NCBI GenBank assembly: GCA_038877255.1
Contig: JAVYWZ010000004.1
Location: forward strand, 1 to 45,354
Length of the DNA: 45,354 nucleotides
Direction of reading: 5' to 3'
Source: Candidatus Micrarchaeaceae archaeon
Lineage (GTDB): Archaea > Micrarchaeota > Micrarchaeia > Micrarchaeales > CABMGC01
Part shown: positions 8,846-17,481 of the stretch, one piece after another
Layout: every line of letters starts with the position of its first letter
Position numbering within the stretch: position 1 is the stretch's first letter
The notes under the pieces: generated by a model
Database searches by the model: none
What the model was told of the DNA's origin: nothing
Seen by the model: the letters and a program-made list of their open reading frames with translations, nothing else
Made by a program: the position numbers and the translations under genes

Positions 8846-8969
8846 GGCGGGGTAGCTCAGCCTGGTTAGAGCGCTAGACTCATATGCTCAGCATAATGAA
8901 TGATGAGCTTTCTTTGCGATGATTAGCTGGGATATCTAGAGGCCGAGGGTTCGAATCACTCCCCCGCCA
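8846..8969 (+). tRNA. tRNA-Met(CAT), elongator-type, with 49-nt intron at 37/38 (8885-8933)
   Basis: Acceptor GGCGGGG/CCCCGCC and anticodon stem CTAGA/TCTAG. BHB with central helix CUCA/UGGG and 3-nt bulges. Ile2 identity is not fully excluded. Confidence 0.9.
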
Positions 8970-9089
8970 AACGCTTACGCGCTTAGCCAATAGGTGCAAT
9001 GCGTAAAACATGCAATTTCTGCTTCGCTGCAAAGCCTAAAGTCCTGTTAGGGCTTTCAAATTTTGATTGAAGCACTAAATTTGCTAAAT

Positions 9090-9433
9090 ATCGCCTCGCC
9101 GTCAATAAGACAAAACATATATCTGCAATAAGGTATTCAACCCAACACCACAAAACCGCAAAAGGTTAGGTATAAATAAATCAAAAGCCGTTAACCCGGC
9201 GAGCGGGAAGCCTGACTTGGCGAGTGCATGAAGCGAGCAAAGGCTTATAGAAATAACCTGCGAGAAATACATAAGGACTTGTGTAAAATAAAGTGGCATG
9301 CCCAATGCAGAGAAGAACAACAGGATACGCAATAAAGGCGAGGCAACAATGCAAAGAAGTATTGCCGCTTAAGCGCAAACTCCAAAGTTGCTGATGCAGC
9401 GGAAGCCAATTCCGCAATGGCTGTGTAGTTCAC
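9090..9433 (+). mobile_element. Non-autonomous tnpB-derived mini-element, copy B (left boundary uncertain)
   Basis: Near-identical to 1-162; 9197-9306 is similar to 33513-33626; ATCGCCTCGC at 9090 is shared with the left end of copy D; ends GGAAGCC...GTAGTTCAC. Confidence 0.7.
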
Positions 9434-9446
9434 TGAATATGGTATT

Positions 9447-9752
9447 ATGCAAAGCTTTACAAGATTAATGCACATAGAGCGCGTGAAGCGCATACTTGAT
9501 GCCATAGCCTATGGTTCTCTGTTCCTTGACATAGCAGTGGCAGCAATAAATTTTATTGCTTTGAGGCAGAACAGTTCAAGGCTTAGCGCTGTGCAGTTCT
9601 GGCTTTCAGTCGGTCTGAGCATAGAAGTAATAGTAACCATATTCCTGTTTCTGGTGCTTCTGCTACTGTATCATTACAACAAACTGGAGTGGCTCATGCT
9701 CATAGGCAAGCGCGTCCGTAAATACAAGCAGCATCGCCGCTTTCAAAAGTAA
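9447..9752 (+). CDS. Small membrane protein, unknown function
   Basis: Two hydrophobic segments and a basic C-terminus; upstream of the DUF373 gene. Confidence 0.7.
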   Translation: MQSFTRLMHIERVKRILDAIAYGSLFLDIAVAAINFIALRQNSSRLSAVQFWLSVGLSIEVIVTIFLFLVLLLLYHYNKLEWLMLIGKRVRKYKQHRRFQK

Positions 9753-9791
9753 TGTGAAATAGCTATAAATGTTGGCTTCTTTAATACTTAT

Positions 9792-11036
9792 ATGCAGAGC
9801 CTGAAAAATGTAGAGAAAAGCGAAAGGCTACTTATTCTTGTTGTAGATATAGACAACGATCTCTACGTAAAGACGAAGATAAACGGGCCGCTTGTTGGGC
9901 GTGTGCAGGTGCTCAACGGCGCTACACAGCTTGCGCTAGCTGATCCTGAAGACACTGACGCAAACACTATGTTCAAAGCAGTTAAGACATACAACGAGCT
10001 TAAGGAAGAAGGCTATTCTGTTAGCATAGCAACGATAACTGGCGCAGAAAACATGGGCTATGCTGCGGATAGAGAGCTTGCAAGGCAATTGGAGCAGGTA
10101 ATAGAGCAGGTAAGGCCTGATGCATGCATTTTTGTAAGTGATGGCGCGAGCGACGAGCGCGCATTGCCAATCGTAGAATCAAGGCTCAAGGTAAACAGCG
10201 TAATTACTGTTACAGTGAAGCAGAGCGAAAACCTTGAAAACACATATGTTACTTTGCTGAAGAAGCTTCAAGAACCTCATTACGCAAGAATCGTTTTCGG
10301 AATACCTGCATTAATACTTTTGCTGTTCGCGCTTAGCTACGCACTTAACCTCGGTTGGCAATTGCCAGTGGCAATAATAGGCGCATACCTGCTCATAAAG
10401 GGCTTCGGGTTTGAAGAGTCAATACTGGAGTCATTCAGAGGTTTTGGCTTCAGCATAGACCGCATGGGCTTCGTCTTCTACCTTAGTTCTTTAGTATTTT
10501 TGTTTGCAAGTCTTTTCATCTCAGCCGGCAGTTATGTTTACGAGATAAGTGCTGGGGCAAGCGGTGCGCTCGCATTTGCATACGCATTTGAGGGCTTTCT
10601 GCTTCTTCTGCCACTTGTGCTTTTGCTTTACCTTGTAGGCAGAGTAATAGATATGCGTAGCAGAAAGTACCTGTTCAGAAATTACAAATATGGCGTTTAC
10701 GCGGGATCGAGCATAATAATATGGGTAATTCTCTATGCTTTCGATGCTTGGATAATAGGCCAGATATATTTCGGCCAGTTTATAGTCTTTACAGTGCTTG
10801 CGATAGCAATAGGCATAGGCATAAACGACTCTGTTATGTGGCTCAAAAAGAAGGCGCTTGCCAAAAGAAACATACGCAGCAAAGCGGTAATAAACGAGCT
10901 TGGCACGCTAATAGGCAAAGTATCTAATATAGATTCAAAGCATGGCAGTATAACCGTAGAGACGCCGTTCGGCAATCCCATACACTATAGTGTTGACCGT
11001 ATAGTAGAAATATCAGACAGAGTAGTCATAAGCTAA
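9792..11036 (+). CDS. DUF373 family membrane protein with C-terminal PRC-barrel-like domain
   Basis: LVVDIDND...DPEDTDAN...SDGASDE...VKQSENLENTY signature and multiple TM helices. Confidence 0.85.
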   Translation: MQSLKNVEKSERLLILVVDIDNDLYVKTKINGPLVGRVQVLNGATQLALADPEDTDANTMFKAVKTYNELKEEGYSVSIATITGAENMGYAADRELARQLEQVIEQVRPDACIFVSDGASDERALPIVESRLKVNSVITVTVKQSENLENTYVTLLKKLQEPHYARIVFGIPALILLLFALSYALNLGWQLPVAIIGAYLLIKGFGFEESILESFRGFGFSIDRMGFVFYLSSLVFLFASLFISAGSYVYEISAGASGALAFAYAFEGFLLLLPLVLLLYLVGRVIDMRSRKYLFRNYKYGVYAGSSIIIWVILYAFDAWIIGQIYFGQFIVFTVLAIAIGIGINDSVMWLKKKALAKRNIRSKAVINELGTLIGKVSNIDSKHGSITVETPFGNPIHYSVDRIVEISDRVVIS

Positions 11037-11668
11037 TCTTCAAATTCATCGTTTAGCACATGGTGTACAAGCGCTGCCTTTTTCTTTCCTATTTTTTTCA
11101 CGTGCATGAGCTCTTCAGTGCTTGCGTTGGCAATAGCTCTTATGGTCTTGAAATTCTTTATTAGCGATCTTGCAAGCTTGCTGCCTATTCCAGGTATGGC
11201 GCTGAGAAGCAGGATCTGCCATTCAGAAATAGTATACGCGCGCTTCAGCCCTACAACTCTCGGCTCGCGTTCTTTATTTTCTTGTTCTTGCTCTGCTATT
11301 CTCGCTATTGTCTCAGCAGTTTCATCAGAGCCTGATGATCTTATCACCATTATGCCATAATCAACATAGGCACTAACTATTGCTCCAAGCAGTACTTTTC
11401 TGCTCAGCAAAAATTCAGAACCGTCTCCTTCTATTATCAAAATGGGCCTTGCAAAGCTCGCGCTGAGCCTCTCAAGTTGATCGAACAGCCTTGAGTTTAT
11501 TATTGAACTTGCAAAGTCATGCATTGTTTTGCGCTCTATGCAGATTCTATCAGAAACTATATAATCGCCTATTGGCAACTGGGTAAAACTCATCTCAAGC
11601 CCCAGGTCAGAGAGCTTTTCCAATAAGTCAAGATTGCGCTCCCTATTGTCTACAAGCACCTTCGCCAT
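11033..11668 (-). CDS. xpf: Short XPF/ERCC4 structure-specific nuclease with HhH2
   Basis: VDNRE, GDY, IERKT...DF..S, RLFDQ motifs and IPGIG HhH. Confidence 0.9.
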   Translation of the reverse strand: MAKVLVDNRERNLDLLEKLSDLGLEMSFTQLPIGDYIVSDRICIERKTMHDFASSIINSRLFDQLERLSASFARPILIIEGDGSEFLLSRKVLLGAIVSAYVDYGIMVIRSSGSDETAETIARIAEQEQENKEREPRVVGLKRAYTISEWQILLLSAIPGIGSKLARSLIKNFKTIRAIANASTEELMHVKKIGKKKAALVHHVLNDEFED

Positions 11669-11697
11669 ATGCTATTTATAAGTAAAGCAGAAATAAT

Positions 11698-12462
11698 ATG
11701 CTTATGGCAATGCGAAGGAGCAGGAAGAAAGAGCCAAGCAAAGAGAAATACATATTAAAGGAAAAGCTAAAGATAGAAGAGGGCGTTTTTGATACAAGGA
11801 CCTTGCAAAGGATAGGCAAGCTTTTTGGAACAGGAATAATCTCGCGGTTCGATTTCAAGATAGCAACGGGAAAGGAATCTGACATCTTCCTGGTCGAGCC
11901 CGGTCCCAAAGTAAGCGCAGATATTCTTGTGTTGAAAATATTTAGAATAGAGACAACTAGCTTCAGGGACAGGCTTGACTATATATTAGGTGATACTAGG
12001 TTCGGCAGCGTAAAGGGGAACATGCATGCCATAGTAGATGTTTGGTGCAAGAAGGAGTTTGGCAACCTCAAGCTGGCGCAGTCAACTCATGTAAATGCGC
12101 CAGAGCCCTATGCCTTTTCAGGCAACGTGTTAGCGATGGAATTCATAGGCTCTGACGGCATGCCAGCGCCGCAATTGAAAAATATAGAGCTAAAAGAGCC
12201 TGAAAAGATGCTCGACGAAATAATCGAGCAGGCAAGGAGGCTGTATGCTGCGGGGCTTGTTCATGCAGACTTGAGCGAGTACAACATACTTGTAAAGAAT
12301 AATGCGCCTTATCTTATAGACTTCGGCCAGGCTGTCGTGAAAGAGCATCCAAGCGCGCAAGTGTTCCTAGAGCGCGATGTGGGAAATGTGCTGACATTTT
12401 TCAAAAAAAAGTATGGCTTAGCATATGACTTAGAAAATGCGCTTGCCATAATCACGCAATAG
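11698..12462 (+). CDS. rio1: RIO1-family Ser/Thr kinase
   Basis: ATGKES, LVHADLSEYNIL and IDFGQAV motifs. Confidence 0.93.
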   Translation: MLMAMRRSRKKEPSKEKYILKEKLKIEEGVFDTRTLQRIGKLFGTGIISRFDFKIATGKESDIFLVEPGPKVSADILVLKIFRIETTSFRDRLDYILGDTRFGSVKGNMHAIVDVWCKKEFGNLKLAQSTHVNAPEPYAFSGNVLAMEFIGSDGMPAPQLKNIELKEPEKMLDEIIEQARRLYAAGLVHADLSEYNILVKNNAPYLIDFGQAVVKEHPSAQVFLERDVGNVLTFFKKKYGLAYDLENALAIITQ

Positions 12463-12811
12463 CAGCGTTCTACGTAGTGGCTACTTGTCAAAATATAGCA
12501 CCAGAACCTCTGCCATTTTATTTTTACTGGCCGCTATATTCGTGTTATTACCTTGCCCCCACTGAAAAGTGCTGTTGATTATTATGGCACAGAACTTGCC
12601 TGATATTAATGCTCAAAAGCAACTAATCTAAGATATGTATAGGGAGTTGACATTTGAAATTATGGGATATCCCTACGAGGTAGTTTTCATAATAATAGAA
12701 GAAACTGCCGATACTTACCTCGGCACAAAACGATTCGTCAACTCCTATTGTTTCTTCGAACAGCACGCGGCATCCCAATACCTAACATATCATATGTTGC
12801 TACGCCCATTC

Positions 12812-12840
12812 AAAAGCCGGGCAGGCGGGGTCTGCCGGGC
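12812..12840 (-). terminator. GC hairpin plus T-tract downstream of the 114-aa gene
   Basis: Minus strand GCCCGGCAGAC-CCC-GCCTGCCCGGC-TTTT. Confidence 0.45.
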
Positions 12841-12877
12841 ACAAGAGAAACACGTCCAAACAAGCATAAATAACGTA

Positions 12878-13222
12878 TTAACTTCCCTTCGGCTCTTTTC
12901 TCATCAGGTCTTTAAGTGCTCTCCGCATCTCTACAAATTCTTTAATTTCCTTTTTAAGTCCCAAATCTCTAAATGCAATAAGTGTAAATATGCCCAACAA
13001 AGTACCACCAAAAGCTAAAACATCAGCACTGATTAGAGGTGTGCCTAATTTTGTGGTCACGTTCAAAAGTACCCCAGTGGTCCCGCCCACTAGGCCGCTC
13101 TCACCAAGGTAAGAAATTATATCATCCCAGTCCCCTCTTATTTGACTTTTAAGATATTCAATCTTCTTTGTTTTTTCATCCATATATTCAATCTTCCTTG
13201 TTTTTTCATCCATATTGTTCAC
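12878..13222 (-). CDS. Hypothetical small membrane protein with 10-aa tandem repeat
   Basis: MDEKTRKIEY-MDEKTKKIEY (30-bp duplication 13154-13213) and a hydrophobic core; SD-like GAGGTG at the start. Confidence 0.65.
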   Translation of the reverse strand: MNNMDEKTRKIEYMDEKTKKIEYLKSQIRGDWDDIISYLGESGLVGGTTGVLLNVTTKLGTPLISADVLAFGGTLLGIFTLIAFRDLGLKKEIKEFVEMRRALKDLMRKEPKGS

Positions 13223-13440
13223 CTCAATTTGAATATATTATATTTTTGCTGATATTTAAATACGCCTAAAAACTGAAATTTGTTTAAAGATATTTGTGAT
13301 TTTGTAAATTGACTAAGTGCGTCAATTTTATATAAGGTCAACCTTTTCACTCGGGTGTGCATAGGGAAATTGCGGCGGTAGTGCAATTAGAAACCTCAAA
13401 AGGCGAATGTGCGTTGCGATATAAAATTCAACATCCTTTA

Positions 13441-13494
13441 ATATATGTATTTATTGATGAGAGTGGAAATCTAGGAAGGTTTGACAACAGATAA
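13441..13494 (+). pseudogene. N-terminal remnant of a DUF3800-like protein
   Basis: IYVFIDESGNLG followed shortly by a stop codon. Confidence 0.5.
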
Positions 13495-13805
13495 AGTAAT
13501 GTTAGTATTCATAGACACTCTCTGTTATTATTATGTAACAAGATTTTTTGTACTTATAGTTCATTTGATCACTGGTTCTGTCTATATATGCGGTCGATTA
13601 ATAACGTCAAATAAAAATAGACACTTTGAATTGCCTGTTTTATCAGATATCTCCGTCTACGTTCTCGTTCTTGCAGCCGTAATACCCAATCAGTCATGCA
13701 TTCTCCGCAGGAGTCATCCGTATGGTCCTGTAACTCAGATCGCCACGACTTAAATGTGCCAGAAAAAGGTAAAATTTGTGGCTTATATATGCCCTTTTAC
13801 AGGTA

Positions 13806-13880
13806 TGGGCTCGCGGAGATTTGAACTCCGGACCTCCCGATTATCAGTCGGGCGCTCCAACCAAGCTAAGCTACGGGCCC
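13806..13880 (-). tRNA. tRNA-Ile(GAT)
   Basis: Anticodon arm CCCGA-CTGATAA-TCGGG and T arm CGGAG-TTCAAAT-CTCCG; C5:A68 acceptor mismatch. Confidence 0.95.
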
Positions 13881-13900
13881 TACTTACCTTTTGAATAGCA

Positions 13901-14866
13901 TTAATTTATTTCTTGCTTTATAATGCGTGAAAAAGATTTGAGATCATTTTCAAAAAGCGTTCTTATTTTATTAAATCTCAGTGCTGCGGCCGGATGAAAA
14001 GTGATAAGGAAAGTAACGGCGTCTTTTTTTATTTGAGAACCATGATATCTATTCACATTGCCTGTGCCAAGGAGCGCCTTGATTGCCACATTGCCAAGAA
14101 GCAAGATAAATTGCGGCTTTATTATTTCGATTTTTCTTTTCAGGAAAGGCAAGCACATGCCTATTTCAATTGGCGTAGGCTCGCGATTCTTCGGAGGATA
14201 AAATCCAACTACGCTTGTCACGTAAGCGCTTTCTCTTCTTATTCCCGACTTTTTAAGCATAGCAGTGAGCAGTTGGCCGCTCCTTCCGACAAATGGCCTA
14301 AGCTGCGCGTCTTCCTCCACTCCTGGGGCTTGACCTACTATCATCAGGCTTGCATTTAGTGGGCCTTCGCCAGGTACAAGCCTTTTACTCAGTTGCCAAT
14401 TGTTTGTTTTATAGGGCAGTTCGGCATATTCATGATCTAATTCAAGCATGGATTCGAAACGCTCGATATATGCCATTACCTTCGGCATTGCTTCTTTGAT
14501 ATCTTTGTATTCGCTGGTTTTTATTGCGTCTTCATAACTTAGCCAGGAATAGCCTATATGCTCGTATGAAATTTTTACTTTTTTAGTGTTTGACTTGGCT
14601 ATGAAAAACTTTACCGTTTTCATTACCTTTGCTTTTCCTTTATAGAAAAAGTATTTTGTAGTTATTGCAAAATAGGGCACAAACAAAGGGGCAAGACCCG
14701 TTTCCTCCTTTACTTCGCGTTTTGCAGCATCCAATGCGGTTTCCCCTTTCTCTATGTGGCCTTTTGGTATGTCATGGTCTTTTTCCCTTTTCAGAATCAA
14801 GAATAAGGGCTTGCCGTTTTCAAGCACGTATACGAAAGCGCCAGCAGAATACTCAAATCTAAGCAT
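13901..14866 (-). CDS. NUDIX hydrolase fused to a family-4-like uracil-DNA glycosylase
   Basis: Nudix box PKGHIEKGETALDAAKREVKEETGL; UDG motifs VPGEG, GQAPG..ED...RPFVGRSG and TFHPAAAL. Start overlaps the upstream stop (TGATG). Confidence 0.9.
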   Translation of the reverse strand: MLRFEYSAGAFVYVLENGKPLFLILKREKDHDIPKGHIEKGETALDAAKREVKEETGLAPLFVPYFAITTKYFFYKGKAKVMKTVKFFIAKSNTKKVKISYEHIGYSWLSYEDAIKTSEYKDIKEAMPKVMAYIERFESMLELDHEYAELPYKTNNWQLSKRLVPGEGPLNASLMIVGQAPGVEEDAQLRPFVGRSGQLLTAMLKKSGIRRESAYVTSVVGFYPPKNREPTPIEIGMCLPFLKRKIEIIKPQFILLLGNVAIKALLGTGNVNRYHGSQIKKDAVTFLITFHPAAALRFNKIRTLFENDLKSFSRIIKQEIN

Positions 14867-16380
14867 CAGGTCATCTTTGTAGCAATACAATATGCGCTTA
14901 TTCCTTTAGACATTTCTGTTTTATTGTATAATGTAGGGTTAAACAGATTGTACGCATAAGTATATACTTTATCATATGCATTGCACGTTTGTGTTTTAAC
15001 TAGATAGCTTGGTACTACTACATAGGCATTTGCGATTTCTGAAGTGTCGTTGTTGCTTACAAACGCTACGCGCGTGTAATAAATAAAGAATTCCGTGCCG
15101 TTTGATATTATGTCGAATAACTCGGAACTTGTGCCATTTTTGTCAAAGAAATATGTCTTTGCTTTGAGTGTATTGTTCTTCAATATGCCTGCTGTTGTGC
15201 CAAGGCCGGGTTCTGTAAGATATAGCAGCAACGGGTCAGACGCATTTATTGTACTGTTCCATGCAAGAAAGCTTATGCCGTCTACTGTTCTCGCATAGAT
15301 GTTTTTGAAGCCTTTTGCAAGCAGCGCAGTGCTTATGCTTTTTGTTATGCCCATATTATTTGGATTGAACCGGGTTTCGTTCGCAAGCGCAGTCGCCTGA
15401 ATTTCAAATGCGGTAGAATAATTCAGTGTAAGCAGCGTATACATTATTGCAAATACTAACACCATTACTAACGCCATTGCGTAAACACGAGCATTGTGTG
15501 ACGCTTTTTTCCTTGGCTTCCTAGAGTTTGATGAAATTTTAACCACACTGAGTCCGAACTTTCCCGCAATAAGGAGCATTACTATTATAGTTATGTAAAA
15601 GAGTATGCTTCCTATAAATTCATGTATGAGTGCCAGTTCTTGGTTGGGTCCATATGCGAGCCAGAAGTACGTTATGGAAAACATTCTGAGAAAATTGAGA
15701 AGCAGCAGCAATGCTACTCCTGAAGTAAGCCAAATGATCTTTCTCGAGATTTTGCCATTGTAAAAGTATGCTAGCGGCAGCAGGAAGAACATAACAGCGA
15801 CAAACACGCCAGTGCTTATGCACGTTTGCCCTATGCCTATCAGCGAATTGGCAGTGCCTATCGAGATTGGCGCTATGTAACGAATACCGTGCACAATTGG
15901 CTTTAACAAACTGAATATCAGTAACGTGTTGGCATTTGCAAGTGAAGGGTCAAGTCTCAATATTGGCCAAATTACTGCAGGAGAAGCAAAAATGGAATAA
16001 AGCAGCATGTACTTGAATTTGCCTATGTTCCTAGTTCCAAATATCGCAATTGCGAATGATGCAATTGCTAGTGGAAAAATTAAAAAGTAAACACTGAAGC
16101 TTATGAACTCAAACGAAAGCCAAAAACGAAGGGATAAAAGTGCAATTATAAATAGCACGAATAGGGAAACAGCGATCAGCACGCTTTTTTTGTCGGTTTT
16201 TGGAACCATACGCTCCTTGTACATTAGCAAGGCAAATATCGGAAGCATAAGGAGCGGAACCACAACATATGTGCTTGGATTTGTATCAAGTATTTCAAGC
16301 GGTGTAGCAAGGTATGCGCTCACAGTTATTATAAAGACTGCAAGAGCAAAAACCACTACGCCTTTAGCAGCATCGTCCAT
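14866..16380 (-). CDS. Exosortase/archaeosortase-family membrane protein with C-terminal extracellular domain
   Basis: Multi-TM, with Cys (GQTCIS), Arg (NFLRM) and His (LIHEF) triad in the expected order. Confidence 0.75.
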   Translation of the reverse strand: MDDAAKGVVVFALAVFIITVSAYLATPLEILDTNPSTYVVVPLLMLPIFALLMYKERMVPKTDKKSVLIAVSLFVLFIIALLSLRFWLSFEFISFSVYFLIFPLAIASFAIAIFGTRNIGKFKYMLLYSIFASPAVIWPILRLDPSLANANTLLIFSLLKPIVHGIRYIAPISIGTANSLIGIGQTCISTGVFVAVMFFLLPLAYFYNGKISRKIIWLTSGVALLLLLNFLRMFSITYFWLAYGPNQELALIHEFIGSILFYITIIVMLLIAGKFGLSVVKISSNSRKPRKKASHNARVYAMALVMVLVFAIMYTLLTLNYSTAFEIQATALANETRFNPNNMGITKSISTALLAKGFKNIYARTVDGISFLAWNSTINASDPLLLYLTEPGLGTTAGILKNNTLKAKTYFFDKNGTSSELFDIISNGTEFFIYYTRVAFVSNNDTSEIANAYVVVPSYLVKTQTCNAYDKVYTYAYNLFNPTLYNKTEMSKGISAYCIATKMT

Positions 16381-16517
16381 GTAATGCCTTATTGTCCTCG
16401 GCCGATATAAGCTTCATCACTATTTCAGCAGTTACTCTATTCTTCATAGGACGTTTATACATGGAATCTAGCATATATAAAGATAACATGCACACTATTC
16501 TATTTGTGAGTGAGCCT

Positions 16518-16964
16518 ATGCGTGCGTATTCGATTAAGTATAAGTATCTGCCGCATACTGCAGAGAAAGCGTTCGTTGCGTATGGCTCCACATTTAGTGA
16601 AGCGTTAGAGAATGCCGCTGAGGCGATGCTCGGAATAATGCTCAACATAAGAAAAATAGGAAGTCAGAAGGCGAAGGATTCTATAACTATTATAAAACAG
16701 AGAGCGGGCACAAAAGAAGACCTCGTATGGTACACTCTGCAGAGAATACTTGAGAAAGTAGACGAAAGAGGCCTAAACGCATACGCATTCAAGGTCAAAA
16801 AGCATGCATACAAAAAAGGCAGAGAAGAGATAGAAGGAATGCTTTTTTGCAAACAGCTAAATGAAGATTACTCGCTGCTCGAGATAAAGGCGGTAACGCC
16901 ATACGATCTTGCTGTAAAGAAAAGCGCCAAAGGCTGGCTCATACGAGTCGTAGTTGATGTATAG
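16518..16964 (+). CDS. Archease (RtcB cofactor)
   Basis: YKYLPHTAE, EIKAVTPY and C-terminal VVVDV. Confidence 0.9.
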   Translation: MRAYSIKYKYLPHTAEKAFVAYGSTFSEALENAAEAMLGIMLNIRKIGSQKAKDSITIIKQRAGTKEDLVWYTLQRILEKVDERGLNAYAFKVKKHAYKKGREEIEGMLFCKQLNEDYSLLEIKAVTPYDLAVKKSAKGWLIRVVVDV

Positions 16965-17060
16965 ATTTTGCAGCACGCTGCAGCACTAAGCAGATAAGCA
17001 GCATATGAAAGCATGCGGCAGCGTGCAAAGCATTCGCGATTGCAGATGTTATGCAAAAGA

Positions 17061-17465
17061 TCAGTAACCCATTGCTATGCGCCTGCCTCTTTTAATTTTC
17101 ATGCGCCTTGCTGCTCCTGCGGAAAGTTCTAGCACATAGCTGGCTTTGCCTTCAGGATAGTATATTTTGCAGTTGAAGATGTTGCAGGGCTTTGCCCTTT
17201 CAACAATGTCTATAACCTTTCCAGAGCCATCAAGCCACAAAATATCTATTGAAAATTTCATGCCAAACATCCAAATTCCTGATTCTGCATAGCTGTTTAT
17301 GGGAAAGAGCATGCCTTCGCAAACTCCGAGCGAGTCCCAGTTCATGAGCCCGTACATCTTCTTAACAAAACTGTCTGCGATAAAAACCTTTATGCGCGTC
17401 TTTCCTATTCGCACGTATTTTGTTGCGTAGCGCCGAGGACCAAAAAGCCTTGAAAAGAAGCCCAT
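17061..17465 (-). CDS. DUF192 family protein
   Basis: ADSF..KMYGLM, GMLF, IWMFGMKFSIDILWLD and YVLELSAG motifs. Confidence 0.9.
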   Translation of the reverse strand: MGFFSRLFGPRRYATKYVRIGKTRIKVFIADSFVKKMYGLMNWDSLGVCEGMLFPINSYAESGIWMFGMKFSIDILWLDGSGKVIDIVERAKPCNIFNCKIYYPEGKASYVLELSAGAARRMKIKRGRRIAMGY

Positions 17466-17481
17466 AATATCTGTTGTTTTG

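Noticed and set aside
1..9433. Repeat copies A and B as a second CRISPR array or attL/attR of a provirus
   Set aside because: No repeat-spacer periodicity, no integrase or viral genes; homology to the tnpB remnant at 41678-42078 explains them.
12635..13018. 127-aa + strand ORF
   Set aside because: Overlaps the better-supported minus-strand gene and its hairpin; no motif.
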